From contig NC_042997.1 in assembly GCF_006345805.1 (NCBI RefSeq), forward strand, positions 9,114,001 through 9,178,000: a stretch of DNA of 64,000 bases, written 5' to 3'. A program made the position numbers and the translations under genes. The notes beneath the pieces are model-generated. The model did not search any database and was not told the DNA's origin. It was given only the letters and a program-made list of their open reading frames with translations. This DNA comes from Octopus sinensis (Eukaryota). Positions 37,959 to 50,496 of this stretch are shown piece after piece (within the stretch, counting starts at the first letter, position 1; each line of letters begins with the position of its first letter).

Positions 37959-38606
37959 CAGGGTGCAGTGAATAGACTGTCATCTAAATAATGCAAAAGT
38001 GAAAATAGCTCTGACATCTCATTTTAACAGATATATTTACCAAAATTACATAAAAATATCTTGAAATACTAAAGAGTAAATTTATTCAATAGAATTGCCA
38101 ATGACTTTGACCACAACCTCCAGACAATTGCAGAATCTCCTGCAACTCTTCTGTATGGTCTCCATGTTTAAGTTGGTTCATGCAGCAGCCATCCTCTTGA
38201 CCCAGGGCAGCACTACTTCCTCCAGGCACTTGATGTAGGCCTCCATGTTGGGTCTGAGGCAATGTGGGAAGATGAATGGAAGCATAATATCACCATCACA
38301 AGTGATCACTCCAAATACCATGACGTTGGCTGGATGTTTGATTTTTATCCCTCTCAGTACGTCCTCAGATTACACTGACCTCAAATTGACGGCCAAACAC
38401 TCAGAAATGCTTGTATTGAAGCTTCCAGCACGAATGTTAAGCAGTACAGCATGTCATTTCTAAATTCCTGTCAGAGTGAATTGTGTCATTGTGCTTTTTT
38501 TCTCACAGACAATGCCCAACCGTGCAGTCGATAAAATCAAAAACAAACAATGCACATGTGCGAAAATAAAAATATAAAATCTTGACAATTTACCCATCAC
38601 ACCCTG
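37959..38606 (-). mobile_element. Internally deleted Tc1/mariner-superfamily element, maT (DD37D)-like
   Basis: TA-flanked imperfect TIRs CAGGGTG; MTQFTL..HAVLLNIRAG; KIKHPANVMVFGVITCDGDIMLPFIFP..LEEVVLPWVKR; NMETIQKSCRRF.. Confidence 0.8.
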
Positions 38607-38649
38607 TATACACACACACACACAGACACACACACACACACACACACAC

Positions 38650-38687
<38 letters not shown>

Positions 38688-38974
38688 AGAAAAACACAAG
38701 TGGAGTGCATTTTTCTGAGGTTGGATCTATAACTGATAATGGACCAAGTACCTATGTGCGTATATTTGCATATATATATGTATATATATATTTGTGTATA
38801 TAAGTATGTATGTGTAAGGGAGTATATATAAATATACATAAATACATATATTTGTCTGTATATAATCATGTATTGATAGACATCTGGATGTATACATGAC
38901 TACTTACAACATACAGCCAGCTAATCACAACTGAACGTGTGTGAGTGTGTGACTCTGTGTGTGTGTGTGTGTGT

Positions 38975-39005
<31 letters not shown>

Positions 39006-39556
39006 AAGTCACGTATATGCACTCATCCACATATACATATATGGTTAAGACTGAAAATGATTAGTTGTAACATTAAATATCACATGATGCTTCAAACTAT
39101 ATAAATTTAATTATGAATATATGCGTGTATATTTGGTAATATATTTGGTGTATATCAGGGTAATTATGAATATATGAGAGTACACCATTTTATTTGTTCA
39201 TCACTACTTGAAAATCAATGTTGGGCTTCTTTTTATCCTCATAACTAAGTGGTTCAGCAAAAAGAAACCAATAGAATATGTATGAGACTTTAAAAAATTT
39301 TGGACTCAATTTAATTCACAAGACCCTTCGAGATAATTTTCCAACATGGCTGCATTCTAATGACTAAAACATGTAAAAATAAATTGAAAGAATGATTAGC
39401 AGAGCCAGCATTATGCATGAGAAAAACTAGACAATTGGTTGTAGCACTAAAATCAGGAATGCCACAAATAAAAAACACCAAATTTCTTCAACCAACTAAA
39501 AACACTAGAAGTTAGTTATAAAGCGTGCAGATGCTACTCTTTACTACTGGAGCAAA

Positions 39557-39815
39557 GTTAGTTAGTTAGTTAGTTAGTTAATTTGGCTCAAAAGCAAATA
39601 GCAAGGCCATGTAGGGGGACATGGAGTTAAGTACAGGGTGGTGTTCATGTAAAGAGTTCAGGCCACTTGAGGTCAAGGGAGGCTTTGAACAAAGCGGTCA
39701 TCGGCATCTTCACCATCTCGTCTGGCAGCTTGTTCCACGTATCCACAACCCGGACAGAGAAAGCTCCTCTCCTTCGATTGAGATGAAATCGTCGCAGGTA
39801 GAGCTTTTCGGAATG
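39557..39815 (-). mobile_element. CR1-clade LINE 3' end with (AACT)n tail
   Basis: HSEKLYLRRFHLNRRRGAFSVRVVDTWNKLPDEMV..LFKASLDLKW* matches the CR1 C-terminal FSxRVVxxWNxLP motif. Confidence 0.85.
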
Positions 39816-39919
39816 TAAAGTGGATAAGATAAGTGAGAGGCTCTAAGAATATGTTATGATCTGTCATATGATTTGCTGTGAAATATTAAAATTTTGCCCA
39901 GTAATAAATCTGCTGTGAA

Positions 39920-40135
39920 CTCACCTCCCTTATGCTTGTGGCACCTAAAAAGCACTTAGTACACTCTGCTGAGTGGTTAGTGTTAAGAGGGGCATCCATC
40001 TGTAAAAATCCTGCCAAAACAGCCACAGAAGTTTGGTGCAGGCTTCAATCTGACCAGCTCTTGTGGTACCATCCCACCCATGCTAGCATGGAAGATGAAT
40101 GTTAAACGATGATGATGATGATGATGATGATGATG
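39920..40135 (+). mobile_element. RTE 3'UTR copy (R)
   Basis: CCCATGCTAGCATGGAAG..GTTAAAC(GAT)n. Confidence 0.8.
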
Positions 40136-42577
40136 ACAATATTTTCTTCTCTGTTTTTTTTTTTTGTAAGCTCTTCACCCATAAAGCAGGAACTTAATCC
40201 AGCTTACATAGTATATAAGTGACTCAAGAAACCAATCAGCCTAGCCTGCTCTTCCTTTAACAGGATACCAGTCTGTCACAGGGTAAACTTCCCAGCTATT
40301 GCTGGAACTCATTTACACCTTAGAGGACTGAAGTAATGTAAAAAAAAAATTGTTTTGCTCAAAAATACAACATACCACCCTGTCTGGGAAATGAATCTAT
40401 GATCTTACAATCATCAGTGCCATAGCCTAACCACTAAACAACACAACTTCACTACATAGTGATATGTATGACCATAAAACTATTGATTTATTGTTCACAT
40501 GTTAACTACAATTGTTTGATTGCATTTTCAGGTCAGTGTAATGAAAGTGATGGATGGAGTCTGTTATAAAAAAATAATATAAAAAAATAATATAAAATAT
40601 AAAATAAAAAACAATAGTAGAGAAAAGGGGTTTCTTATAGTCAGGGGACACACAGTGTAAAGCTGACCAAAGATAATGGACACCCTGGTACCATCTCTGA
40701 TGATTGGAATGACAGCAGTTCAACCTACAAAAATGATATGGTGTGAATTATGTTGATTACTTCTAGCTAGTTCAGTTCCTTATAATTTTTTGTTGCTTTA
40801 TCTCTGACACAGATCAGTTGAACTTTCCATAATTGTTGATTTTTTTCCTATCTCATCACTACTCAAGTTTATTTATGATTGAAGGCTTTCCAGCCATAAC
40901 CATCACCATCAAGAGTATCATTTCATCATCATCATTATCATCATCATCATCTTTCAAGAGTAATATTTCAGTCGTAACTATTTCATCAAGGGTACATTAG
41001 TAAATGCATTCTTCATTTCATGTTTTTCATAATAGCATATGATTCAAGGAGATGTTGTTGTTATTTCTAGCAAATTGATTGATTATGGGGTAGCATTGTA
41101 ATTGGTTTCTCAGTGTTGTAGTAATTTAGAGCTCATAAATTTATTGTCTGGAAGCAAAAGAAATATTTCTATAACATTTTTAATTCAGCAGTTTCAAGGT
41201 GATTGAGATAGAAACCATTGCTTGTAGCATTTCTGTGTTCTAAAATATTAAATAGTTGAGAAATTAATACATAATATTTTAGATTTTATTATCTTTATCA
41301 TATTGCTTATTTATTGATGCCTAAAATATCTTAACATAAAACTAAATAAAATGTTAAGAAATAATTTTGACTGACAATAAATGTTTGTTAAAGTTATTAT
41401 TAATAATTAAAGAATAGTGTTTATTAATTAAATACTGCCGAAGAGAAGTAATTAAACTGACAATAGGAAAATAATGCCTAAAGCAATATTTAAATTGCTT
41501 GAAGGTCTACTGGCACATACACAAATACACACATAATTACTGTATACATACGCTTACATTTATGCACATATATATATATGCATATAAAGGTGTGTATGTT
41601 TGCATATGCTTATAAAAATGTTTATGTATATATAATATATACATATGTGTGTGTCTGTCATCATCCTCATAAACATTTAATATCCACTTTTCTATGCTTG
41701 CATTCATATTCACACACACATGCACGCACAGACACATACATACGTATATTTGTGAGCTAATGTATGTAGATGTGTATATTTTGTGTGCGTAAAAGCTCTG
41801 CCTATCTTTATTTTTAATAGATTTTCTTAAACTTTTGCAAACATTTAAAACAGCTGATGCATAGTTTTCCATTCCATTTCCATTCTATAAATACTTTACA
41901 ACACACACATGGTCTCAACACAATGATTTGCACAAGATTGTGCATCTTTATGGGGTTGGATAAATTGCCCACAGGCCAGGGAATGAGTGAGAGGTGACTT
42001 GGCTGTCAAATGAACCAATTGTCAGCTTTCAAGTGCAGAATCTACATAAAACTATGAACTATATGTGTTAATGAAAGATGCTCTACATGGCTGCTAACCT
42101 GCTAGAAATAGTAATTAATTTTTTCCCAAATCATATTTTGTAATCTCAGGCAGTAGACTGACAGAGAAAGTAGTATGTTGGGAACTAAAATTCTTGTAGT
42201 ATTTAGTTACTAGCCTTCAAGTTTGTGTTTTAAATCTTTCTAAGGTCAACGTTTTTGTTTTTTTTTTTGTTTTTTGTTTTTCGTTGTTGTTTTTTTTGTC
42301 TTGTGAGGTCATTAAAATAAAGTGCGAGTGAAGTAAATGAGTTGGCTTAGTATTTCTTCAATGCAGTTTACATGAGAGTGGAATTATGATAGCAGAATAA
42401 GGGACATGGAATGCACAGTTAAGAAGTTTGCTTCCAAACCACATGATTTGACATTTAATCTCACAATGTTGCATCTTGGGCAAGTGTGTTTTGTAGGGCA
42501 GGGCTAATCAAAGACTTGTTAGTGGATTTGATAGAAATAAAATGATGGGGCAACAGACACAGACACACATAGATATA

Positions 42578-43010
42578 CAAGTGGTGTTCGTTAATGATTT
42601 CCCTGACCCACTTCCCAAAGACTGGGATAAATGAAACTTGGGAAAATTCTCTATATAGCTACCACAAATGGTGACACACTTCTCCGATGGCTTTATGAAG
42701 TTGTGAAAGCCTCATCTGTAGAAGTCAGTAGGTTGCGTCTGGAGCCAAGACTTTACCTCAGAAATAAGTTCATCATCATCTGAAAAGTACTCTCTACTTC
42801 AAAAAGTCTTCATGGTTGGAAAGAGGAGGAAGTCAGATGATGCAAGGTTGGGAGAGTAAGGGAGATAAGAAAGAATTTTATAGCCACAGGAATGTATTTT
42901 CATCTGGGCAACATTTGTGAACTGGGGCGGAACCCTTATAATCAGAATGCCACACCTCCCTACTTTGATGGTGTCTTGCAATTGCTGCAGCAGAGAACGT
43001 ATTATGCGCC
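42578..43010 (-). mobile_element. Mariner 3' fragment (third family in the window)
   Basis: KIHSCGYKILSYLPYSPNLASSDFLLFPTMK..FSDDDELISEVKSWL; TA+CAAGTGGTGTTC terminus. Confidence 0.8.
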
Positions 43011-43051
43011 ATTAATTGTGGTGCCCTTGTGTATATATACATATATATATA

Positions 43052-43685
43052 CTCTTTACTCTCTTTTACTCTTTTACTTGTTTCAGTCATTTGACTGCGG
43101 CCATGCTGGAGCACCGCCTTTAGTCGAGCAAATCGACCCCGGGACTTATTCTTTGTAAGCCCAATACTTATTCTATCGGTCTCTTTTTGCCGAACCGCTA
43201 AGTGACGGGGACGTAAACACACCAGCATCGGTTGTCAAGCAATGCTAGGGGGACAAACACAAACACACAAACATATACACACACACTTATATATAACGGG
43301 AAGCTTTATGAAAATAAACAAAAGACGAAGGCAGGTGGAATACAAACAAACAATTGTATTAGTATGGTGCTCAGGAATATAAATAAAACAAGTTTTTTAC
43401 GTTTCAAGCCTACACTCTTCAACAGAAAGATACACAGAAAAGAAACACGGAGAGAAACAAGGAGAGAAAAAAAATGCATGCAGAAGCTAGCGAATCAACA
43501 CTTATATATATATACATATATACAACAGGCTTCTTTCAGTTTCCGTCTACCAAATCCACTCACAAGGCATTGGTCAGTCCGGGGCTATAGCAGAAGACAC
43601 TTGCCCAAGTTGCCACGCAGTGGGACTGAACCCGGAACCATGTGGTTGGTTAGCAAGCTACTTACCACACAGCCACTCCTGCGCC
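43052..43685 (-). mobile_element. SINE B carrying a ~200-bp insertion (43297-43500)
   Basis: B tail and head are colinear with other copies; the extra segment sits in the internal (TA)n. Confidence 0.9.
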
Positions 43686-44371
43686 TATATATATATATAA
43701 AGGATAAAATTTTGGCCAGCATATAAAAATAGACTTATCATAATTAAGGGCATATAAAAAAATTTTTTCAAGCCTATATCCTGAAAATAGATGCTAAATC
43801 ATCTCTCCACTTTAAAAATCACAAAAATACATGTGCTGAAAGTGAAGGAGCAAGCTAACAGAAATTAATAGCAAAATAGATAGCCTTGGATTAGTTCATA
43901 TCTGGTTCTGCCCCATGGCTTTACCTCATCAGCAGAGCATGCATACAGGAAATAAATGAGATACTTATACATACCTACAGGAAAGCAAACGCAAGACCAT
44001 AACTACACATAAATACCTCAGCTACCTCAAGAACAAATTTCACAGCTTACCTCAGCATGTGTATTTAGTTGTATTAGCACATAAGTGGCTATACAATACC
44101 AAAGTGAAGAAAAATTTTTTAATTATAATAATAAAGGATAAAATTTATTTGAAAAATTCTATCATTGGCCAGCATCTGCTGATGATGTAAAGCCATGGGA
44201 CAGAACCAGAAATTAGCTATCTATTTTGTTATTAATATCCGTTAGCTTGCTCAATCATTTTCGGCACATGTATTTTTGCAAATTTTAAAGTGGTGAAATG
44301 ATTTAGCATCTATCTTTAGTATATAGGCTTGAAAAAATTGTTTTTCTATGCCCTTAATTATATATATACAA

Positions 44372-44529
44372 TGAGCTTCTTTCAGTTTCTATCTACCAAA
44401 TCAACTCACAAGGGTTTGGTCAGCCTGAGGCTATAGTAGAAGACACTTGCTCATGGTGCCATGTAGTGTGACTGAACCCAAAACCATGTGGTTAGGAAAC
44501 AAGCTTCTCACCATACAGCTACTCCTGTG

Positions 44530-44531
<2 letters not shown>
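44372..44531 (-). mobile_element. SINE B head fragment
   Basis: Reverse complement of the B 5' ~160 bp. Confidence 0.8.
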
Positions 44532-44563
<32 letters not shown>

Positions 44564-45294
44564 CACAGGAGTAGCTGTGTATATATATATATATATATTT
44601 GGGGCACTGTCTTCAATTTTTTTTAGTCAATTGAATCAACCCAAGTACTTTATTTTTTGCCAAGCCTGATACTTATTCTATCAGTCACTTTTACTGCACC
44701 GCTAAGTTTCCATTATGTCTTTTATATTGTAGGGATGGAGGAGGAAGGGAGGAGGAGGAGGAGGGGAGAAGGAGGAGGGGGACGAGGAGGAGGACGATGA
44801 CAACATAGCTATCATTATAGTAAGTATATTCTATCATTTCTGTCCAAGCCTCATTAGTTGTATTGTAAATTGTCAAGTAGAAACTGACATATTTCTCTCT
44901 TTGGAAAATCTACATAAACTGCAGAAGAATGAAGAATGCATGATCTATTCACGTTAACTTTCATGACAGGTGCTGTATAAGTTGGTTGATAGAATGGTTA
45001 GTCATTAAAATCAGCTGTTGAAAAGAACAGTCGAAGCAGTCTGTATTGCTTTAGAAATATAATGTCTATGGACAATAGATGCAGGATGTATATTGAAAGT
45101 GAACTGTATACTGTTGTTGTAGTTTAGTCCAAGATCAACTTCAATTTAGCATGAATATGAGAAATATCATTCCAGCCATGACCATCCAATCATTTAAGAG
45201 TATGTGAAATTGCATTGCATATTATGTCTTTCTCTTTTGCTTTTTCTTGTACTTAAGATGGTCGAGATATCAGAAAGGGATGGGTGCTGCATAA

Positions 45295-45495
45295 ATGCAC
45301 CCATGCCAGTGGCATGTAAAAGTCACCCAGAGTACTGTTATGTGGTTGGTGTTAGGAAGGGCGTCCAGTCATAGAAACCATGCCACAGAAGACAGATGGA
45401 GTCTGGACAGTTCACTGCTAGCCAGCTCTATGTTAAATTGCCCAACCCATAGCAGCATGGAAAGTGGACGTTAAACGATGATGATGATGATGATA
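45295..45495 (+). mobile_element. RTE 3'UTR copy (R)
   Basis: GCATGGAAAGTGGACGTTAAAC(GAT)n. Confidence 0.8.
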
Positions 45496-45512
45496 TATAT
45501 TTATGTGCGTGC

Positions 45513-45544
<32 letters not shown>

Positions 45545-47019
45545 CTGTCTGTCTGTCTGTATTCTCTACAGGGAAGTCAACAAGCAGAACACTAAACTTG
45601 ACCAAAACAGAATCAGGTTCTTTATCAAAATAAAATGATGTCACGAAACCTACAGGCAATCAAAACTTGTTCCCATGTACAGAGAACCAACCAATCAGCC
45701 AGAACACTAATGTTAAAACAAAATGTATTTTTTGTACAAAAACCTCCACCAGAAAGAATAAGACATCATCACAATTATAACCAATCAAAAATTAGATCCT
45801 TTCCCATAAAAACATATATATACACAAAATATCTTCCAATTCAAAGAAAAATAAAGCCTGTAAAGCAAAGAGACCAGTATGCAAAGCAAAAAGAACTACA
45901 TGCACCAAGAAAGAAATTGTGGAAAAAAACCCTTTTTCTGACTCTCAACCCTTTCTCTCTCTTGTCTTCATATTCTATAAAACATGACCAAACTTAATAA
46001 TGTACTTTTGTTATAATATTCACTGAACATTTACTCTGATATTATCTATCCCTATGAAACTTATTGAAATTTATGTGAAGATTTGAACATTTGATCATTT
46101 AAACATGTTTGTCTGTAATTTTAAACTCCATTGAAAAATCCATTGTTTTATATATATTTGTAACATTGATAAACAAAAAAATGTTGAAACTGGTTTGGTA
46201 TGTATGTAAATCAATTTATTTATAAACAACTACATGTTTCTCAAATTCAGATGCATTTTAAAACCCCATAACAAATTCTGCTATATTTTTTCCCTGCATG
46301 GGAACACACTTCTTTATATACATATGTATATAAATATACACATACATATATATATATCCCTCTCTCTCTTTCGGAGAGGCACTGAGAAGCTATATGCACA
46401 CATACACACACGGCAGTTACTTCCACCTACCGAATTCAATCACAAAGCTCCAGTCGGCTCGGGGCTATTGTGGAAGACACTTACCCAAAGTGCGTATGTA
46501 TGTATGTATGTATGTATGTCTGTATAAAAATAAAAAATGGGACAAGAACGCAAAACATCGAGATAGATGATACAAAAGAATCAAGGGGGTTGCAGTCTGG
46601 AGAGTTAGGTGCCCAGATGAATGAGTCAAATGGAATTCTTTGGGGGAAATTTTCTATTATTGAATGCCCTTCTTGTTGTTAACCCTCACTTGTTTCCAAG
46701 TAAGGCAACATTTCTCCATGTCTAGACATGTTTCCACAGAAGACTGGAAAAAATAGACACCACTTGTTTAATCATGATACTCATTTACAACCATTATTCA
46801 ATGTCAAAACAAAGAGACACAAACATAAACTACATGCATGCATACCCAAATTGGGCTCTTATGACAGGAGTTTTGAATCAGGACTGATCTAGAGCCAAAC
46901 AAAAGGCATCGACAACAATATCAGCAGCAACAACAATGGTAATAACAAGAAGCAAATCTAACATAAGCAGTATCCATAAGCCATATAGTCCAGCTTCACT
47001 TTATTCTTCTTCACACCCT

Positions 47020-47258
47020 TTCAAAGCCTAGCCAGGCTCATGGGCCTGGTTTCTCATTTTCTATGACGTATGTGTTCCCCAGCTGGACGAGACGCCAGTC
47101 CATCACAGTGTTACTAATTTTTGCCAGCTGAGTGGACTGGAGCAATGTGAAATGAAGTGTTTTGCTCTAGAACACAACGCGTTGCCCGGTTCAGGAATCG
47201 AAGCCACAATCTTACAATCATGATGCTGACACCCTAACCACTAAGCCACACACCTCCA
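47020..47258 (-). mobile_element. SINE head D with tail T3
   Basis: Colinear with 51845-52085. Confidence 0.85.
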
Positions 47259-47461
47259 TGTCCAGCTTCACTACCATCATATAATTCTGCTCCTGGACAG
47301 GAGTGCTAAACTTTCATATATAACACTTTCCTAGCAAGAGATCAGATATGCATTTGTTTGACATGTTAGTAATAGCAGCAAAATCTTCTTTACCATCTTT
47401 CAAAATGCAAGACACATACTGCATAATATGTTTCTAGATACAGTCTATTATATAATATTCA

Positions 47462-47873
47462 CTCTTTTACTCTTTTATTTGTTTCAGTCATCTGACTGTG
47501 GCCATACTGGAGCACCGCCTTTAGTTGAGCAAATCGACCCCAGGACTTATTCTTTGTAAGCCTGGTACTTATTCTATCGGTTTCTTTTGCTGAACTGCTA
47601 AGCTACGGGGACATAAACACACCAGCATTGGTTGTCAAGTGATGTTGGGAGGACAAACAGACACACAAACATATATACACACGTAGATATATAGATATAT
47701 ACATATATACAACAGGCTTCTTTCAGTTTCCATTTACCAAATCCTCTGACAAGGCTTTGGTTAGCCCAAGACTATAGTAGAAGACATTAGCCCAAGGTGC
47801 CACACAGAGGGACTGAATCTGGAACCATGTGGTTGGTAAGCAAGCTACTTACCACACTGCCACTCCTACACCT
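47462..47873 (-). mobile_element. SINE family B
   Basis: Colinear with the other B copies. Confidence 0.9.
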
Positions 47874-48447
47874 ATATTGTTGATAATAATTTCTGAAACA
47901 TGTACATGGACAAAAATATGGCGAAGGAGACAAGCAATTAAATCAACCCCAATATTGACCTCCTTGTAAAGATGGAAAGCAAATTTGACGTTGATAGGAA
48001 TTAAACTGAAATCAAAAAGATCCAAAAACAAATATTGCAAAACAGTGTTTTTGTCCAACATTCTTGGAGATCAGTTTAATACAAATCTCAGTTAATCAAA
48101 AGTGTTTTTTTCATCTCACTATCTTACATATTTGACTCTCTATTGTATTTGGTTGTATTGTTGTCTGATTTAAAAATATCAAAAACTTACACTTATCTAT
48201 AGTTTAAACTTAGTTATTAAATAAACAATATGCTACATACGTAAGAAATTTTATTATGAAAATAAGCATACACAAGCACATCCAAAAGTAACTCATTTTA
48301 TTTCTGTCTGTTCCTTTTTTTGTTTTTGTTTTAACATTATAATAGAATAAGAAAATCTCATTATTCATCAGAATTATCATAGTGGCAGGATTTTAATAAT
48401 AGTAATTTTATTATCATCATCATCATCAGTAGTAGTAGTAGTAGTAG

Positions 48448-48637
48448 TTTGACGTCCACTTTCCATGCTAGCATGGGTTGGACGATTTGACTGAGGGCTG
48501 GCGGACCAGATGACTGCACCAGGCTCCAATCTTGATCTGGCAGAGTTTCTACAGATTGGAGGCTGGTGCTGACATCTGGTTCACCAGTCCTCAATCAAAT
48601 CGTCCAACCCATGCTAGCATGGAAAGCGGACGTTAAA
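48448..48637. mobile_element. Head-to-head inverted pair of truncated R (RTE 3'UTR) ends
   Basis: 48448-48532 is the reverse complement of 48553-48637, with about 9 mismatches in 85 bp. Confidence 0.9.
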
Positions 48638-48913
48638 TGATGATGATGACTACTCCTACTACTACTACTACTACTACTACTAACTACTACTACTACTATA
48701 GTATTGTAAGCACATCAGACTAGATACTTAGTGACATTTCTTCCAACATTTTATATTCCTTGCTCAAATGATACTGAGGTCCACTTTGATGCTTTTCATC
48801 TTTTCAGGATCAATAAAATAAATATGATTTGAGCACTCAGGTAAAGGTAATTGACTTCTTCTTCCCCTCAAAATTTCAGGCCTTGCACCTACTCTAGAAA
48901 TAATTATGATAAT

Positions 48914-49130
48914 AATCCTTTCTACTAAAGGCACAAGGCCTGAAATTTTGGGGGAGTGGGTAGTCGATTACATCGACCCCAGTGCTTCACTAGTTCTTAA
49001 TTTATTGGCCCTGAAAGGATGAAAGGCAAAGTCAGCCTTGGCAGAATTTGAACTCAGGATATAAAGATGAACAAAATGCCACTAAACATTTTGCCTGGCA
49101 TGCTAAGGATTCTGCCAGCTCACCACCTTA
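48914..49130 (-). mobile_element. SINE A2
   Basis: Colinear with 4587-4803. Confidence 0.85.
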
Positions 49131-49164
49131 AATAATGATAATAATAATAATAATGATAATTATG

Positions 49165-49213
<49 letters not shown>

Positions 49214-49230
49214 TAATAATAATAATCATT

Positions 49231-49603
49231 ATAAGAGTACTCAGAGAGGGCAAACCTCTGCCAAGAGAACACCAATATCCTCTCAATGAGTAGCCAGAGA
49301 TGATTTTTTAAAAGGAGAATATTTGAAATAAACTCAGTTGCTCTCACAAATGAGAATATTAAAAATGAACCCGACTGCTCTCAAATTTTATGCAAAAAAT
49401 AAGAAAAATAATCCAGAATCCTTATCCGGTACCAAATCAATCCCCAAATCTAATCAGTTTGTGCCAGTTTCAAGGCCAAACATCCTTGAAAGTTTCATCC
49501 AAATCCATCCGGTGGTTCTTGAGAAATCTTGACCACTGACAAACAAATGAACAGACAAATATGACTGAAAACAATACCTCTGCCTTTGCTAAGGTGGAGG
49601 TAA
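49231..49603 (+). mobile_element. Non-autonomous Helentron/HINE-like element
   Basis: Subterminal ACCTCTGCC near the 5' end; 3' stem-loop ACCTCTGCC/GGTGGAGGT (49576-49601); internal GACAAACAAA..GACAAA tract; flanked by (AAT)n. Confidence 0.5.
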
Positions 49604-49680
49604 CAACAACAACAACAATAATAATAATGATAATAATAATAATAATAATGATAATAATAATGATAATAATAATGATGATG

Positions 49681-49730
<50 letters not shown>

Positions 49731-49731
<1 letters not shown>

Positions 49732-50284
49732 GCCCTGATGCAGTACCAGGCAGTGGCTCTCATGGCTTCTGATCTTAACTGATTGGAAGTATTATCATGT
49801 CATTGTTTTGTCTTGGTATAAAAGATGGGCTACAGCAAATATTCTGCTCAATACTACAGATTTGCTTGTCAGTTGTTTGACCATAACCAGTTGAGCATGT
49901 CCCTTAGTGGCTGATGATATGTGCATCTCTGATCACGAGCAGAAGTAGTGGGGGAGCATCATAGCCATGTGTCGAGAGGGATTCTTTGGGGTTTGGATAA
50001 TTCACCTCTGGAAACATGGGTGATTCGTTCAACATCCTTAAACAACCCTTATTCAGGGACCGTTTGAGCGGGATGGGCTACTCAACCTGAAGAAAATTCT
50101 AACTGGGCCCCACCTGCAAGGTCATGTGCTGTTTATTTTGATATGAGATCACCATGTCGTGCACACATGGTTGTGATGCATGTGCCTGGTGTACCTTTAC
50201 CAGACGGGTAGTCATGATGGGTATACTGGGCTTCGTATATTTTACCCCAGTGTCACTTTGATGGCATGAACTGCTCTCTCACTC
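49731..50284 (+). mobile_element. 554-bp non-coding insert within (AAT)n; unclassified repeat
   Basis: Higher GC than its surroundings, with sharp edges at (AAT)n on both sides; no ORF. Confidence 0.55.
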
Positions 50285-50462
50285 AATAATAATAATAATA
50301 ATAATTTAACTTACAAAAAAATTTAACTTAAAAAAAAAAAAATGAACGAACAATTGAGTTTGGTTTAATGGCCTACCAATATATACTATGAGTTTCTTTG
50401 CCCTAGGAGTCGGGAAGACATTCGGCAAGAAATGGAAGCAAATTTGAAAGAAGAAAAAAAAA

Positions 50463-50496
<34 letters not shown>

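Noticed and set aside
45635-45997. 120-aa ORF with two CCAAT boxes nearby
   Set aside because: A-rich compositional ORF with no motif; CCAAT boxes alone do not establish a promoter.
47849-48061. Minus-strand ORF with a strong acceptor
   Set aside because: The apparent donor is the start of a SINE B and the peptide is unrecognisable.
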